Positions 8,740 to 18,727 of a stretch of DNA of 64,000 nt are shown piece by piece. This DNA comes from Parasphingorhabdus sp. (GTDB taxonomy: Bacteria; Pseudomonadota; Gammaproteobacteria; Arenicellales; CAJQKF01): contig JBLHGU010000001.1 in the NCBI GenBank assembly GCA_047615875.1, forward strand, positions 1,647 through 65,646. The letters are read 5' to 3'. Made by a program: the position numbers and the translations under genes. Every line of letters starts with the position of its first letter. Position 1 is the stretch's first letter. Under the pieces are notes generated by a model. The model was not told the origin of the DNA. It saw nothing but the letters and a program-made list of their open reading frames with translations, and searched no databases.

Positions 8740-9564
8740 ATGCTAATAAAAAGTTTTCAGCAAGTAGAAGCCTCTGGAGAGATTGTTCCAATCTCCCACG
8801 GAAAATCCACCGCAGTTCGCGTATTGCTTAAATCTGATGGAATGGGCTTTAGTCTATCGGAAGCACGCTGCGGCGCGCGCAACCGATCTTCGTTGTGGTA
8901 CAAAAATCATTGGGAAGCAAATTATGTGCGGGCAGGTTCTGGTAGCTTGATCGATCGGGATAGAGGCAAAGAGTGGCCGCTCAAGCCAGGCGACCTGTAC
9001 TGTGTGGGGCCTAACGACAGACACAGTGTTGCCAATTCAGATGACCCTCTTCGTATTATTAGTGTCTTTAATCCACCTATTGAAGGGCCGGAAACACATG
9101 ATGAAGATGGCGCCTATCCTCCCACCGGTGAATTGCCTCCACGCACAGACCCCATGTTTGTTAGAGGTATAAGTGACGTTCGTGCCGCCGGTGGAGAAAA
9201 AATTCTGGTGGATGGTAATGTCAGAGCGCTTAGGTTGTTAACCTCCCATGATCAAATGGGGTTTTCGCTATCCGAAGTGCACGTGAAGGCTAGCAGCCAA
9301 CTAGATCTCTGGTACAAGCATCATTGGGAGGCCAATCTGGTTCTTGAGGGAGAGCTTCTAGTTACTCATCGACAAACTGGCGAGCAACATAAGCTTTCCT
9401 TTGGAGATGTCTATTGTGTTGGTCCGAATGACCCGCATCGTCTGGAGCCACAGACTGATGTCAAATTGTTGGCCATTTTCAACCCGCCACTAAATGGTGA
9501 TGAAAAGCATGATGCGGATGGCGCTTACCCACCCACAGGTCCGGTGCCGTCAGGACCAGGCTAG
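8740..9564 (+). CDS. Tandem (duplicated) ectoine-synthase-like cupin protein, EctC-EctC fusion
   Basis: 274 aa made of two homologous halves. Each half has MGFSLSE, LWYK(N/H)HWEAN, GD(L/V)YCVGPND(R/P)H, (V/I)FNPP(I/L)xG and HD(E/A)DGAYPPTG. These motifs parallel canonical EctC (YKHHFEAVYCIEG ... HREDGSYAP). Confidence 0.75.
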   Translation: MLIKSFQQVEASGEIVPISHGKSTAVRVLLKSDGMGFSLSEARCGARNRSSLWYKNHWEANYVRAGSGSLIDRDRGKEWPLKPGDLYCVGPNDRHSVANSDDPLRIISVFNPPIEGPETHDEDGAYPPTGELPPRTDPMFVRGISDVRAAGGEKILVDGNVRALRLLTSHDQMGFSLSEVHVKASSQLDLWYKHHWEANLVLEGELLVTHRQTGEQHKLSFGDVYCVGPNDPHRLEPQTDVKLLAIFNPPLNGDEKHDADGAYPPTGPVPSGPG

Positions 9565-9578
9565 TTTTCATTGTGGGA

Positions 9579-10289
9579 TCAGTTTTGGATAATTCCCGCG
9601 ACTAAACCAATTAGTCCACCAAATACGCCACCCCAAACAACTAACCAGCCCAGATGCTTGTGTATCATTTGCTGCACAATTTCTTTGACCAGCTGTGGTG
9701 TTAATTCTTCCAGACGTTGTTCGATAATTAATTCAATTCTATCGCGTATGCCAGCATCGGCATTGGATGAGCGAAGAGTTTCGACGAGGGTAGTTTGAAA
9801 CTTTTCGCTTTGCGATAAATCGACTAATGATTGCCGCATTTTTTCAATAAAAGCAGGTTTGAGTGGCTCCAGAGCTTGTATGCCACCGACCATGCCCAGC
9901 ATGCTGCCAAAGGATGACTCCTGAACCGTCTGCACCAGGGCATCGAAGGAAGGCGATAAATCGACTGATTCCAAAACCCCTGATAGATCAATTCCGGAAT
10001 GGTCACTGTCTGCGCCAGAAACGAATCGTTCTATATTTTCATCAGTGAAAAACTGATTCATCATCAACGCGCGAATGCCACTGCGAAATTCCTTGAAATG
10101 ACTTGGCACAACGCCAGAGCCGTACAATCCAGGCACCTTCTCAAATAGCATATGTACGGCCAGCCAGTTGGTAATTGCACCGGACAATGCGAACAGGCCA
10201 ACACTGGTTACTAAAATCTGGTCAGTCGTTAGACCCACTACTAGTACCAGGGCGGCCAATAAATTGGAAATTAGACTCTTGTTCAACAT
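9579..10289 (-). CDS. DUF445 family membrane protein
   Basis: 236 aa with TM helices at both ends and a GAITNWLAVHMLFEKVPG motif typical of DUF445 (YheB/YjiN-like). Confidence 0.6.
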   Translation of the reverse strand: MLNKSLISNLLAALVLVVGLTTDQILVTSVGLFALSGAITNWLAVHMLFEKVPGLYGSGVVPSHFKEFRSGIRALMMNQFFTDENIERFVSGADSDHSGIDLSGVLESVDLSPSFDALVQTVQESSFGSMLGMVGGIQALEPLKPAFIEKMRQSLVDLSQSEKFQTTLVETLRSSNADAGIRDRIELIIEQRLEELTPQLVKEIVQQMIHKHLGWLVVWGGVFGGLIGLVAGIIQN

Positions 10290-10534
10290 TCAATACCTTT
10301 GAATAAACGGAGTATTGGTGGAATGGGGCTTTAGTTACGGCGGCGGATTGTAACAGTCCAGGCAAACAAATGGATTACCCAGGTGAGACGAAGTTAGATG
10401 CTGCGGATTGTGTACCTGGACGCAAGACTTTGCTGATTGCTATTATTGAGGTTCTAGTGTGGTAATGTCATATGAATTCAATTTGGCCTCGTATTATTTA
10501 ACCCTGAGAGATGTAGTCGACCGACTCAATACCA

Positions 10535-11749
10535 ATGAATACATTAGAAACTTGTTGGAAAGACCGCCTGGGGAAACTCGCAACACAGCGAAAAGATCGC
10601 CTTGTAGAGGTAATGCGTAAGACAAATTTACCCGCACTACTGGTGCTGGATTCAGTCAATATTATGTATGCCACCGGCGCCAGCAATATGACTATATTCT
10701 CCATCAGAACGCCTGCCCGGTATTTGCTCATACTTGCCGATGGCCCAACTATTTTGTTTGAGTATTTTGGCAGCGAACATCTGGCCAAAAATTTGACCAC
10801 AATTGACGAAGTCAGGCCAGCAAGGGGGCTTTGTTACGTAAGTTCTGGAGGTGACCCGGTTGCTCAGGCCAGGGGGCTGGCTACAGAAATATCGAATATT
10901 TTTAAAGATCTGGACCTTTCCGTGGATCAATTGGCCATTGATCGTTTTCCCATTGCCTGTATAGATGCATTGCGTTCGGAAGGATATACGTTGACCGATG
11001 CAGATGCGATATTCAGTGCTGCGAGGAGAGTTAAACTTGCCGGGGAAATTGAAGTAATCGAAGAAGCCCTGGCAAGAGTGACACAGGCTGCAAGCGAGAT
11101 GGAGTCATTGATCGAGCCGGGCAGGTCCGAGGTTGAAATTTGGGCGAATTTCCAGCGTTCTTTTCTGGCCTCCGAGGGGCGATATATTTCCACTCGTTTG
11201 TTGCAAAGCGGCAATCGAACCTATCCTTATTTTCAGGAAGCCGGGCCTCGTAAACTCGAATCTGGCGAGTTGCTTTGCTTCGATACAGATGCCGTCGGGT
11301 TTGCTGGTTACTGCACAGACTTTTCCCGCACCTACCTTTGTGGCGATACACCAGCGAGTGCCACACAATTAGAGTTATATGGTCGAGCCCGGGAGCAACT
11401 GGATCATAATGTCGCGCTGTTTACACCGAGTGCATCCTTCGAAGAAATAGCCGCACGAGCCTGGCCCGTGCCGCCGGAACATCAATCAAGTCGATACTAT
11501 TGTATCGGCCATGGCTTGGGTATGTCTGGGGAATTTCCGAATATCCCACCTTATGTTCCGGGTAAGCCATACCTATTGCAAGGCGAGCTACAGACAGGCA
11601 TGGTGATTTGTGTGGAAAGTTATGTTGGGTCCGAAATTGCAGGGCAGGGCGTAAAGCTCGAGGACCAGTTGCTGATTACCGAGAGTGGAACAAAACGTAT
11701 GAGTGCTAACGTTCCTTTTGATGAACGCTTAATGTCCAGAGAATTTTAA
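10535..11749 (+). CDS. M24-fold metallohydrolase (creatinase / DddP / ectoine-hydrolase-like subgroup)
   Basis: 404 aa with a creatinase-like N-domain plus the pita-bread domain. Metal ligands appear present (FDTDAVGFAGYCTDFSR, IGHGLGM, VESY, KLEDQLLIT). The substrate cannot be assigned by eye. Confidence 0.7.
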   Translation: MNTLETCWKDRLGKLATQRKDRLVEVMRKTNLPALLVLDSVNIMYATGASNMTIFSIRTPARYLLILADGPTILFEYFGSEHLAKNLTTIDEVRPARGLCYVSSGGDPVAQARGLATEISNIFKDLDLSVDQLAIDRFPIACIDALRSEGYTLTDADAIFSAARRVKLAGEIEVIEEALARVTQAASEMESLIEPGRSEVEIWANFQRSFLASEGRYISTRLLQSGNRTYPYFQEAGPRKLESGELLCFDTDAVGFAGYCTDFSRTYLCGDTPASATQLELYGRAREQLDHNVALFTPSASFEEIAARAWPVPPEHQSSRYYCIGHGLGMSGEFPNIPPYVPGKPYLLQGELQTGMVICVESYVGSEIAGQGVKLEDQLLITESGTKRMSANVPFDERLMSREF

Positions 11750-12726
11750 TGACGAAGCAAAAAGCGGAATGGAACTGGCGTCCAGCAGGACCTATTCTTT
11801 TATCGCCCCTGTTAGAGTGGCCTTTTAGACCCAAAGCAATTTTACAGTGGCTAATCGCAGGCTGGCACTTATTGGGTATTCGAGTAGGTGTGTTAGTCAT
11901 TGCGATACTTTCATGGTTTTACCTGCAGCCGGCACTGGAGCGTTGCGTCACTTTTCAGATAGGCTGGATTTTGGAAATCTATATTCGTAATTTGTGCCTA
12001 ATGATATTGGTTGCTGGTGGCTGTCATTTGTACTTTATCACCTATAGTAAACAAGGCAACAAACTTAAGTTCGATAGTAGGGCTATGATGCGAGACAGTC
12101 GCGTGTTTCTGTTCAGTGACCAGGTAAAAGACAATATATTCTGGACGCTAGCGAGTGGTGTAACGATCTGGACCGGTTATGAAGTGTTGTTGATGTGGGG
12201 TTTCGCCAATGGCTATGCATCACTGTTGATGTGGCAGGATAATCCAGTATGGTTTATCGCACTGCTATTTTTGCAGCCTATCTGGGGTGGTTTTCATTTT
12301 CATGTGATACATAGGTTTTTGCATTGGCCGCCGGTTTATCGCCGGTTTCATTCACTGCATCATCGAAACATAAATATCGGTCCCTGGTCCGGTTTGTCTA
12401 TGCATCCAGTAGAGCATCTGCTGTATTTAAGTGGTGCGTTGATTCACTTTGTAATTTCTTCCCATCCCATTCACCTGTTTTTTCAGTTGCAGGTTAAATC
12501 TCTAGAGGCAGTCACATCGCATACGGGTTATGAGAGTCTTTTAGCTGGAAATAAAGGTGTACTAAAAGTAGGTGACTTTTTTCATCAGCAGCATCATCGG
12601 TACTTTGAATGTAATTACGGTACGGTAGAGGTGCCAACAGATCGCTGGTTTAACTCTTTCCACGACGGCACCGTTGAAGCCACCAGTCTGCTAAAACAAC
12701 AGCGTCTCAACAGACTCAAGGGATAG
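11749..12726 (+). CDS. Fatty acid hydroxylase / sterol desaturase superfamily membrane di-iron enzyme
   Basis: 325 aa, multi-TM, with His boxes HFHVIHRFLH, HSLHHRN and HQQHHRY. Its ATG overlaps the TAA of the upstream M24 gene (TAATG). Confidence 0.7.
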   Translation: MTKQKAEWNWRPAGPILLSPLLEWPFRPKAILQWLIAGWHLLGIRVGVLVIAILSWFYLQPALERCVTFQIGWILEIYIRNLCLMILVAGGCHLYFITYSKQGNKLKFDSRAMMRDSRVFLFSDQVKDNIFWTLASGVTIWTGYEVLLMWGFANGYASLLMWQDNPVWFIALLFLQPIWGGFHFHVIHRFLHWPPVYRRFHSLHHRNINIGPWSGLSMHPVEHLLYLSGALIHFVISSHPIHLFFQLQVKSLEAVTSHTGYESLLAGNKGVLKVGDFFHQQHHRYFECNYGTVEVPTDRWFNSFHDGTVEATSLLKQQRLNRLKG

Positions 12727-12754
12727 TTTCTTACCCAATACCGTTACTTTTTAC

Positions 12755-13528
12755 TTAGTCCGCATAGCCTGGCATTTGACGGTCAAGTACTCTTTTCATG
12801 GCCTCAAAATAAAGGTGATGACGTTGACCCTTATGGCGATCATTCTCATCTGGGGTTTGTACCTTAAGAATAGCGTCTTCGGCTATCGGTAACAGTTTCT
12901 TGCCCGTGCTCATGGCGCGAATTTGAGCGCGACATACTCTCTCTAATAAATAAAGCATGCGATAGGCTTTGGCTATAGAGTCTGCAGCTATCAGCACACC
13001 ATGATTACGCATGAACATAATCTCATGCTCTCCTAATGCCTCAGCTAGATGCTCGCCTTCTTCCAGTGAATCGGCAGTGCCATTGTATTCGTCGAAATAA
13101 ACCACTCTGTTATGAAAAAAGGCTGAAGTTTGGCAAGCAGGAATCAGTCGATTATCCTCCAGCATGTTTAATGCCAGTGCCCAATTTTGATGAGTATGCA
13201 AGACTGCAGCTTTGCCACAAATGCGATGGATTGGTGCATGAATACATTGCGCGGATAGTTCTACCAGACCTTCGCCCTCAAGGGTTTCTCCAGACTCGTT
13301 GAAAGCGATTAGGTTACTGGCGGTGGCTTCCGACCAATGTAAGCCAAATGGTAAAACCAGATAGCGATCCGAAATGCCTGGTACAGATAACGTCAGGTGG
13401 TTATCGATACCTTCTTCGAGTTCGTGAAATACTGCCAGTCTGTATGCAGCCGCCAAATCAATACGTGCTATTTGAGCTGAGTCGACAGAAGAAATTATGG
13501 GTTGAACTTGCATGCCAATTTGCCTCAT
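12755..13528 (-). CDS. Class II aldolase / adducin N-terminal domain family protein
   Basis: 257 aa with His-rich metal motifs (CIHAPIHR ... VLHTHQNWALAL) typical of the class II aldolase fold. The start is uncertain (alternative Met at 13513). Confidence 0.65.
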   Translation of the reverse strand: MRQIGMQVQPIISSVDSAQIARIDLAAAYRLAVFHELEEGIDNHLTLSVPGISDRYLVLPFGLHWSEATASNLIAFNESGETLEGEGLVELSAQCIHAPIHRICGKAAVLHTHQNWALALNMLEDNRLIPACQTSAFFHNRVVYFDEYNGTADSLEEGEHLAEALGEHEIMFMRNHGVLIAADSIAKAYRMLYLLERVCRAQIRAMSTGKKLLPIAEDAILKVQTPDENDRHKGQRHHLYFEAMKRVLDRQMPGYAD

Positions 13529-13584
13529 TTAAATGTTGATTTCAGAAATTATACCTAAGGGAACTTTGCAAAGCCTGGAGTTTT

Positions 13585-14826
13585 TTAAGTCTTTTTGGCT
13601 AATCCATAATGATTGACCAGCGAACCAAGGCTTAAACCGCTAACCAGTATGGAAAATGCTACCACAACAAAAGTGATTCCAACCAGAATTTCCCGCTCGG
13701 GCCCTGGAGGTAATGAAAGTGCCAGGGCAACGGATATGCCGCCCCGCAGCCCGCCCCAGGTAAGAACTTTAATCACATGGGGCGAAAACTCTCTGCCACG
13801 TTTCAGAATATTGACCAAAATTCCCAGACTTATAAAGCGCGCCAGTAAAACAATAAGTACGCTGGCGAGCCCGAGCCACAGCAAATTTACTGACCAACTG
13901 GCGACCAGAACTTCAAGCCCGATGAGCAGGAATAATACCGCATTCAAAATTTCGTCCACCAGTTCCCAAAACGTATCGAGATGCTGACGTGTATGCTCCG
14001 ACATGGCAAATTTCCTGCCCACATTGCCAATTAATAACCCAGCGATAACGGCGAAGATCGGACCTGATATGTGCAGTTGGCTGGCCAGGGCATAACCGCC
14101 GGTGATAAGCGCCAGACTTAGCAGAATTTCTATCTGAAAATTGTCGACCGTTCTAATAAGAAAGTACACCAACGAGCCTAGCACCAGTCCTAATAAAAGC
14201 CCGCCGCCAACTTCCCAACCAAATAATGTTGCAACATGGACAGCATCGGCGTCTCCTCCCGCGGCAATTTCGAGCAATACAATGAACACTACCACGCCTA
14301 TGCCGTCATTGAATAAGGACTCGCCGGTAAACTTTGTTTCAAGAGTTTTCGATACACCGAGCTTGCGTAGAATGCCTAATACCGCAATGGGATCAGTTGG
14401 TGAAATTAATGCGCCAAATATTAAACAATAAATCCACGGCAACTGTAGACCAAGCAAGCCCGCGATGAACGAAGTTAACCAGGCCACGATGAGCATGGAT
14501 AAAAGCACGCCAACTGAGGCAAATATTAGAATAGTCCATTTCTGTTTTAGCAGGTCGTCCAGGTTGACGAACAAGGCGCCGGCAAATAATAGTGGCCCCA
14601 GCAAGCCTTCCAGTAAAGTCTTGTCGAAACGAATTTGATTGACTAATTGTGTGGCCACTAATCTGGACTCAAGTCCGAAAAAGTCTAGTGCGGTCAGAAT
14701 TAGTGAGGCCAGCATAGCGAAGGCCATTACCCCAATAGTTGTAGGTAATTTGAGTGTGTGGTGATTTATATAGCTAAACGCTGCGGTTAATGTAAATAGT
14801 AGCGCAATAATCTGAGTGGTATTCAT
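13585..14826 (-). CDS. Cation:proton antiporter, CPA1 / NhaP-type Na+/H+ exchanger
   Basis: 413 aa, about 11-12 TM, with ALISPTDPIAV and ESLFNDG motifs characteristic of NhaP/NHE exchangers. Confidence 0.8.
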   Translation of the reverse strand: MNTTQIIALLFTLTAAFSYINHHTLKLPTTIGVMAFAMLASLILTALDFFGLESRLVATQLVNQIRFDKTLLEGLLGPLLFAGALFVNLDDLLKQKWTILIFASVGVLLSMLIVAWLTSFIAGLLGLQLPWIYCLIFGALISPTDPIAVLGILRKLGVSKTLETKFTGESLFNDGIGVVVFIVLLEIAAGGDADAVHVATLFGWEVGGGLLLGLVLGSLVYFLIRTVDNFQIEILLSLALITGGYALASQLHISGPIFAVIAGLLIGNVGRKFAMSEHTRQHLDTFWELVDEILNAVLFLLIGLEVLVASWSVNLLWLGLASVLIVLLARFISLGILVNILKRGREFSPHVIKVLTWGGLRGGISVALALSLPPGPEREILVGITFVVVAFSILVSGLSLGSLVNHYGLAKKT

Positions 14827-14879
14827 AGGTGCTCAAGTCTTAGTCGGAGTATTTATTTTCAGGGCATCGTTCTAGCGGA

Positions 14880-15653
14880 TCAATATTGCAGATCCTCTTC
14901 AATAAAACGGCCATTTTGAATGAAGTATAAGACCTGCTTGATCACTCCAGGAGATTGCATGATAAATGTATGGCCACGAGGTACAACTAAAAATGCCTTC
15001 ATTTCTTTAAGCTTCGCGCTTTCGACGGAAACTTTGCCATCATCCGGACCGGGTATGAAGGGAGAAAACCAGGGGTCGGAACTGGCATATCCGGTGATTA
15101 TGCCAATTTCCCCACCGATTTGCTCAAGCTGAAATGGAACGCTTTCGGAATCAGTTCCAAGCTGTAGACCAGCCGGTCCCATGGTGTTTTTGAAAAGCCA
15201 GACATCTCGAAGTAGGTCGACGACTTCACTGCCCTGATTGGGTGGGCTAAGCATGACAATACGTAATTTTTCTGAAATGGTCTGATTTTGAAAGAATTGC
15301 CGAACAAGAATCCCCCCCAGCGAGTGCGTAACAAAAGCGATATGTGGAGTGGTTCTACTTCGACACCAGGCCAGCGCAGTTGAAATATGCGATGTGGTCA
15401 ACTTTTGAATCGTATCAAGGGTAGAAGGGTAGGATTTATTGTGAACCCGGAAGCCAATATCTGAAAATGCTGATTCAATGCGGTTAAAAGAATCCGACTT
15501 ACGACCCAATCCATGTAGAAAAATCACGCAAGTATTTGATTTTTCGAAAATAAGCTCGCCCTTAACCTGTGTATCAGACGCTGATGCTATAGCCGTTAGC
15601 CAACTGGTAAGCACGATGCATAGCTGCAATATCAACAATAATTTTCCTGCCAT
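14880..15653 (-). CDS. Secreted alpha/beta-fold hydrolase (esterase/lipase-like)
   Basis: 257 aa with a signal peptide, an oxyanion region VIFLHGLG and the nucleophile elbow THSLGG. Confidence 0.65.
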   Translation of the reverse strand: MAGKLLLILQLCIVLTSWLTAIASASDTQVKGELIFEKSNTCVIFLHGLGRKSDSFNRIESAFSDIGFRVHNKSYPSTLDTIQKLTTSHISTALAWCRSRTTPHIAFVTHSLGGILVRQFFQNQTISEKLRIVMLSPPNQGSEVVDLLRDVWLFKNTMGPAGLQLGTDSESVPFQLEQIGGEIGIITGYASSDPWFSPFIPGPDDGKVSVESAKLKEMKAFLVVPRGHTFIMQSPGVIKQVLYFIQNGRFIEEDLQY

Positions 15654-15754
15654 AGAATAAAACCTTATTAATTAACTAATTTTTCGCTTTAATTTTGCCG
15701 ATAAATCGACCATTTAGAGGTAGAATCGGCGACTTTGTATTCCGTGACAATTTA

Positions 15755-16270
15755 ATGGACCCGAAAAGCAGTTATTCTAAAGAAGACCTCCTGGCCTGTG
15801 GGCGAGGAGAATTATTTGGTGCGGGCAATGCTCAGTTGCCATTACCGCCTATGTTAATGTTCAACCGTATAACGAATATTACTACCGATGGTGGTGAAAA
15901 CGGCAAAGGCGAAGTAGTCGCAGAGCTGGATATTAACCCCTCTCTGTGGTTTTTCGATTGCCATTTTCAGGGTGACCCGGTTATGCCCGGTTGTCTTGGT
16001 GTAGACGCACTGTGGCAGCTGATCGGTTTCTACCTGGGTTGGCGCGGTGGTCCAGGCCATGGCCGGGCACTGGGTGCTGGTGAAATCCGTTTTACTGGGC
16101 AAATAACCCCAGAATGCCATCTGGTTCGCTATCGGATCTCGTTTAAACGGGTCATTATGAGACGTTTATATATGGGAATTGCTGACGGCCAGGTAGAAGT
16201 CGATGACAAGCTGATTTACACTGGTAAGGATATGCGCGTCGGATTATTTCAAAACACCCAGTCTATGTGA
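15755..16270 (+). CDS. fabA: 3-hydroxydecanoyl-ACP dehydratase/isomerase FabA
   Basis: From ATG 15755: [29 protein letters not shown]...[25 protein letters not shown]. This is near-collinear with E. coli FabA. The track ORF start at 15695 is an upstream extension. Confidence 0.92.
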   Translation: MDPKSSYSKEDLLACGRGELFGAGNAQLPLPPMLMFNRITNITTDGGENGKGEVVAELDINPSLWFFDCHFQGDPVMPGCLGVDALWQLIGFYLGWRGGPGHGRALGAGEIRFTGQITPECHLVRYRISFKRVIMRRLYMGIADGQVEVDDKLIYTGKDMRVGLFQNTQSM

Positions 16271-16277
16271 GGCAGTC

Positions 16278-17495
16278 TTGAGAAGAGTAGTAGTCACCGG
16301 AATAGGTATCGTATCCAGTATTGGTAATAATCGTAGCGAGGTTTCTGAATCGTTGCGTCACGGCCGCTCCGGAATTCAATTTGATCAGTCCCATGAGGAA
16401 CTCGGGTTCCGTTCACGGGTGAGTGGCCCGGTTAAGCTTGATCCCAAAGCCTTAATCGATCGAAAACTTTATCGCTTTATGGGCGACGCCGCGGCTTATG
16501 GATATTTAGCCATGCGTGAAGCCGTGGAAGATTCAGGTTTGGAAGAATCAGAAATTTCCCATCCCAGAACTGGCATGATTATCGGTTCCGGTGGTGGGTC
16601 ACCTGAAAATATTGTTGCAGCAGCAGATATTCTTCGTGAACGTGGTGTACGACGGGTGGGGCCTTATAAAGTCACCTCATCCATGTCTAGCACCATGGCC
16701 GCTGTGGTCGGTACTGCCTATAAGATCAAGGGTGTGGGTTATTCAATTAGCTCCGCTTGCGCTACCAGCGCTCACTGTATAGGCAATGCGTCAGAACTAA
16801 TCCAGATGGGCAAGCAGGATATTATGTTTGCCGGTGGTGGAGAAGAATTGCATTGGTCGTTGAGCGTACTATTCGACGGCATGGGTGCATTGTCTTCTAA
16901 ATATAACGACACACCAGAAAAAGCCTCTCGAGCCTACGATGCTGACCGTGATGGGTTTGTTATTGCAGGTGGCGGTGGTGTAGTTGTTCTTGAAGAGCTG
17001 GAGCATGCCAAACAACGTGGTGCGAAGATATATGCCGAGTTGACTGGCTACGGTGCTACCTCTGATGGCTTTGATATGGTTCAACCCTCTGGTGAAGGTG
17101 CTGCTCGCTGTATGCGTCAAGCCCTGGAAACCGTTAAAAACCCGGTTCAATATTTGAATGCGCACGGTACTAGTACACCGGTTGGCGATGTAAAGGAGTT
17201 GGGTGCCATTAAGGAAGTGTTTGGCGATAACCTGCCAGCCATTGCCTCGACTAAATCCCTTACTGGACACGCCCTGGGCGGTGCTGGGGTGAATGAAGCC
17301 ATTTATTCATTGATTATGCTAGAAGAGGGTTTTCTTGCCGCCTCTGCGAATATTGATACTCTGGATCCGGAAGCTGAAGGTTGCCCTATTATTCGTGAGT
17401 TTCAGGAGAGACCTGACCTGGATACGGTGCTATCAAATAGTTTTGGCTTTGGTGGAACGAACTCTACCCTGGTGTTTAGCAAGTATCATAGTTAA
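16278..17495 (+). CDS. fabB: Beta-ketoacyl-ACP synthase I FabB
   Basis: 405 aa. [18 protein letters not shown] parallels E. coli Fab[19 protein letters not shown]. Active-site Cys is in [12 protein letters not shown] and the terminus is SFGFGGTN. It apparently uses a TTG start 8 nt after fabA. Confidence 0.9.
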   Translation: MRRVVVTGIGIVSSIGNNRSEVSESLRHGRSGIQFDQSHEELGFRSRVSGPVKLDPKALIDRKLYRFMGDAAAYGYLAMREAVEDSGLEESEISHPRTGMIIGSGGGSPENIVAAADILRERGVRRVGPYKVTSSMSSTMAAVVGTAYKIKGVGYSISSACATSAHCIGNASELIQMGKQDIMFAGGGEELHWSLSVLFDGMGALSSKYNDTPEKASRAYDADRDGFVIAGGGGVVVLEELEHAKQRGAKIYAELTGYGATSDGFDMVQPSGEGAARCMRQALETVKNPVQYLNAHGTSTPVGDVKELGAIKEVFGDNLPAIASTKSLTGHALGGAGVNEAIYSLIMLEEGFLAASANIDTLDPEAEGCPIIREFQERPDLDTVLSNSFGFGGTNSTLVFSKYHS

Positions 17496-17587
17496 GCAAC
17501 TGTCGCTCAGATACGGTCAAGATAACTGGCCGCTATCTCGATTCTGCGCCAGAGGCCATCGATTTAATATCCAGTCAGGACCGCTAT

Positions 17588-18685
17588 TTGTTTTTTCTCG
17601 AAACCCGTAACGATACTCCTGCAGGCAATCTTTCCTTCGAAGAACAGTCATTAAGAAGAGTCGCCCTGTGGTTATTCAGCTGTTGTGGGCTGGTATTTGC
17701 CATGGTGATATTGGGCGGCGTGACCAGATTGACAGGCTCCGGGTTGTCTATGGTCGACTGGCAACCCATAAAAGGCGCGATCCCACCCCTTTCTGAGGCG
17801 TCGTGGTTGGCAGTATTCGATCAATACAAAAATTTCCCCGAGTTTCAGATGGTGAATCAGGATATGACTTTATCCGGATTCAAGTTCATATTTCTATTTG
17901 AGTATGCTCATCGCCTGCTTGGCCGACTCATTGGTATAGCATTTTTTCTACCGATGGCATGGTTTTGGTGGCGCGGATATCTGAGTTCCTCTTTAAAACC
18001 CAAGCTTATAGTCATGTTTGTTCTCGGCGGTATGCAGGGGTTACTCGGTTGGTACATGGTTAAAAGTGGTCTGGTTAATGACCCTCATGTCAGCCAGTAT
18101 CGGCTGACGGCCCATCTGGTTCTTGCTATTTTGATCTACGCCTACATGCTTTATGTGGCCCGAGATTTACAGGATATTTGCCGTCGAGACCCCCGTCAGA
18201 ATATTCAATCAGCCAGGTTTGAGTGGCTATTGGTCATTGTCGTGCTGGTGATGATTGCCAGTGGTGGTTTGGTTGCTGGAACCCGGGCGGGTTTTATTTT
18301 TAATACCTTTCCGGATATGAACGGACAATGGATCCCGGACGGTCTACTAGCGCTCTCTCCGCTTTGGTTAAACGCCTTCGAAAATATGGTCACCATTCAG
18401 TTCGATCATCGACTGTTGGCCTACGTGCTTATTGCTATGGTGTTATACAATCGGTTTCGGCTGACTGCTAAATCAGACTCCGGTCGTCTAGTGCTGGCCA
18501 ACAGCTTGTTGCTAGTGATAGCCTTACAGGTCTGTTTGGGGATATTTACACTACTGAATCAAGTCCCTGTGGCGTTAGGAGTAATGCATCAGGCTGGGGC
18601 CTTGCTTGTTCTTAGTGTTGCTATATTGCAATTGCATAGAAGCCGATATGTATTGCAATATGATCCATTGGATAAAATTGCTTAG
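17588..18685 (+). CDS. ctaA: Heme A synthase (COX15/CtaA family)
   Basis: 365 aa, 8 TM, with GGVTRLTGSGLSMVDW and His-containing helices (EYAHR, QFDHR, MHQ). The start codon is uncertain (non-ATG). Confidence 0.8.
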   Translation: MFFLETRNDTPAGNLSFEEQSLRRVALWLFSCCGLVFAMVILGGVTRLTGSGLSMVDWQPIKGAIPPLSEASWLAVFDQYKNFPEFQMVNQDMTLSGFKFIFLFEYAHRLLGRLIGIAFFLPMAWFWWRGYLSSSLKPKLIVMFVLGGMQGLLGWYMVKSGLVNDPHVSQYRLTAHLVLAILIYAYMLYVARDLQDICRRDPRQNIQSARFEWLLVIVVLVMIASGGLVAGTRAGFIFNTFPDMNGQWIPDGLLALSPLWLNAFENMVTIQFDHRLLAYVLIAMVLYNRFRLTAKSDSGRLVLANSLLLVIALQVCLGIFTLLNQVPVALGVMHQAGALLVLSVAILQLHRSRYVLQYDPLDKIA

Positions 18686-18727
18686 TAACCGAAATCGGAA
18701 ACCAGAATAAGGAAACATCTATAGATC

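Noticed and set aside
8740-12726. An ectoine metabolism cluster made of the EctC-like protein plus the M24 DoeA-like hydrolase.
   Set aside because: No ectA/ectB/ectD or doeB-D/eutABC genes are present. The two genes are separated by an opposite-strand DUF445 gene. The M24 subgroup (DoeA, DddP or creatinase-like) cannot be distinguished by eye.
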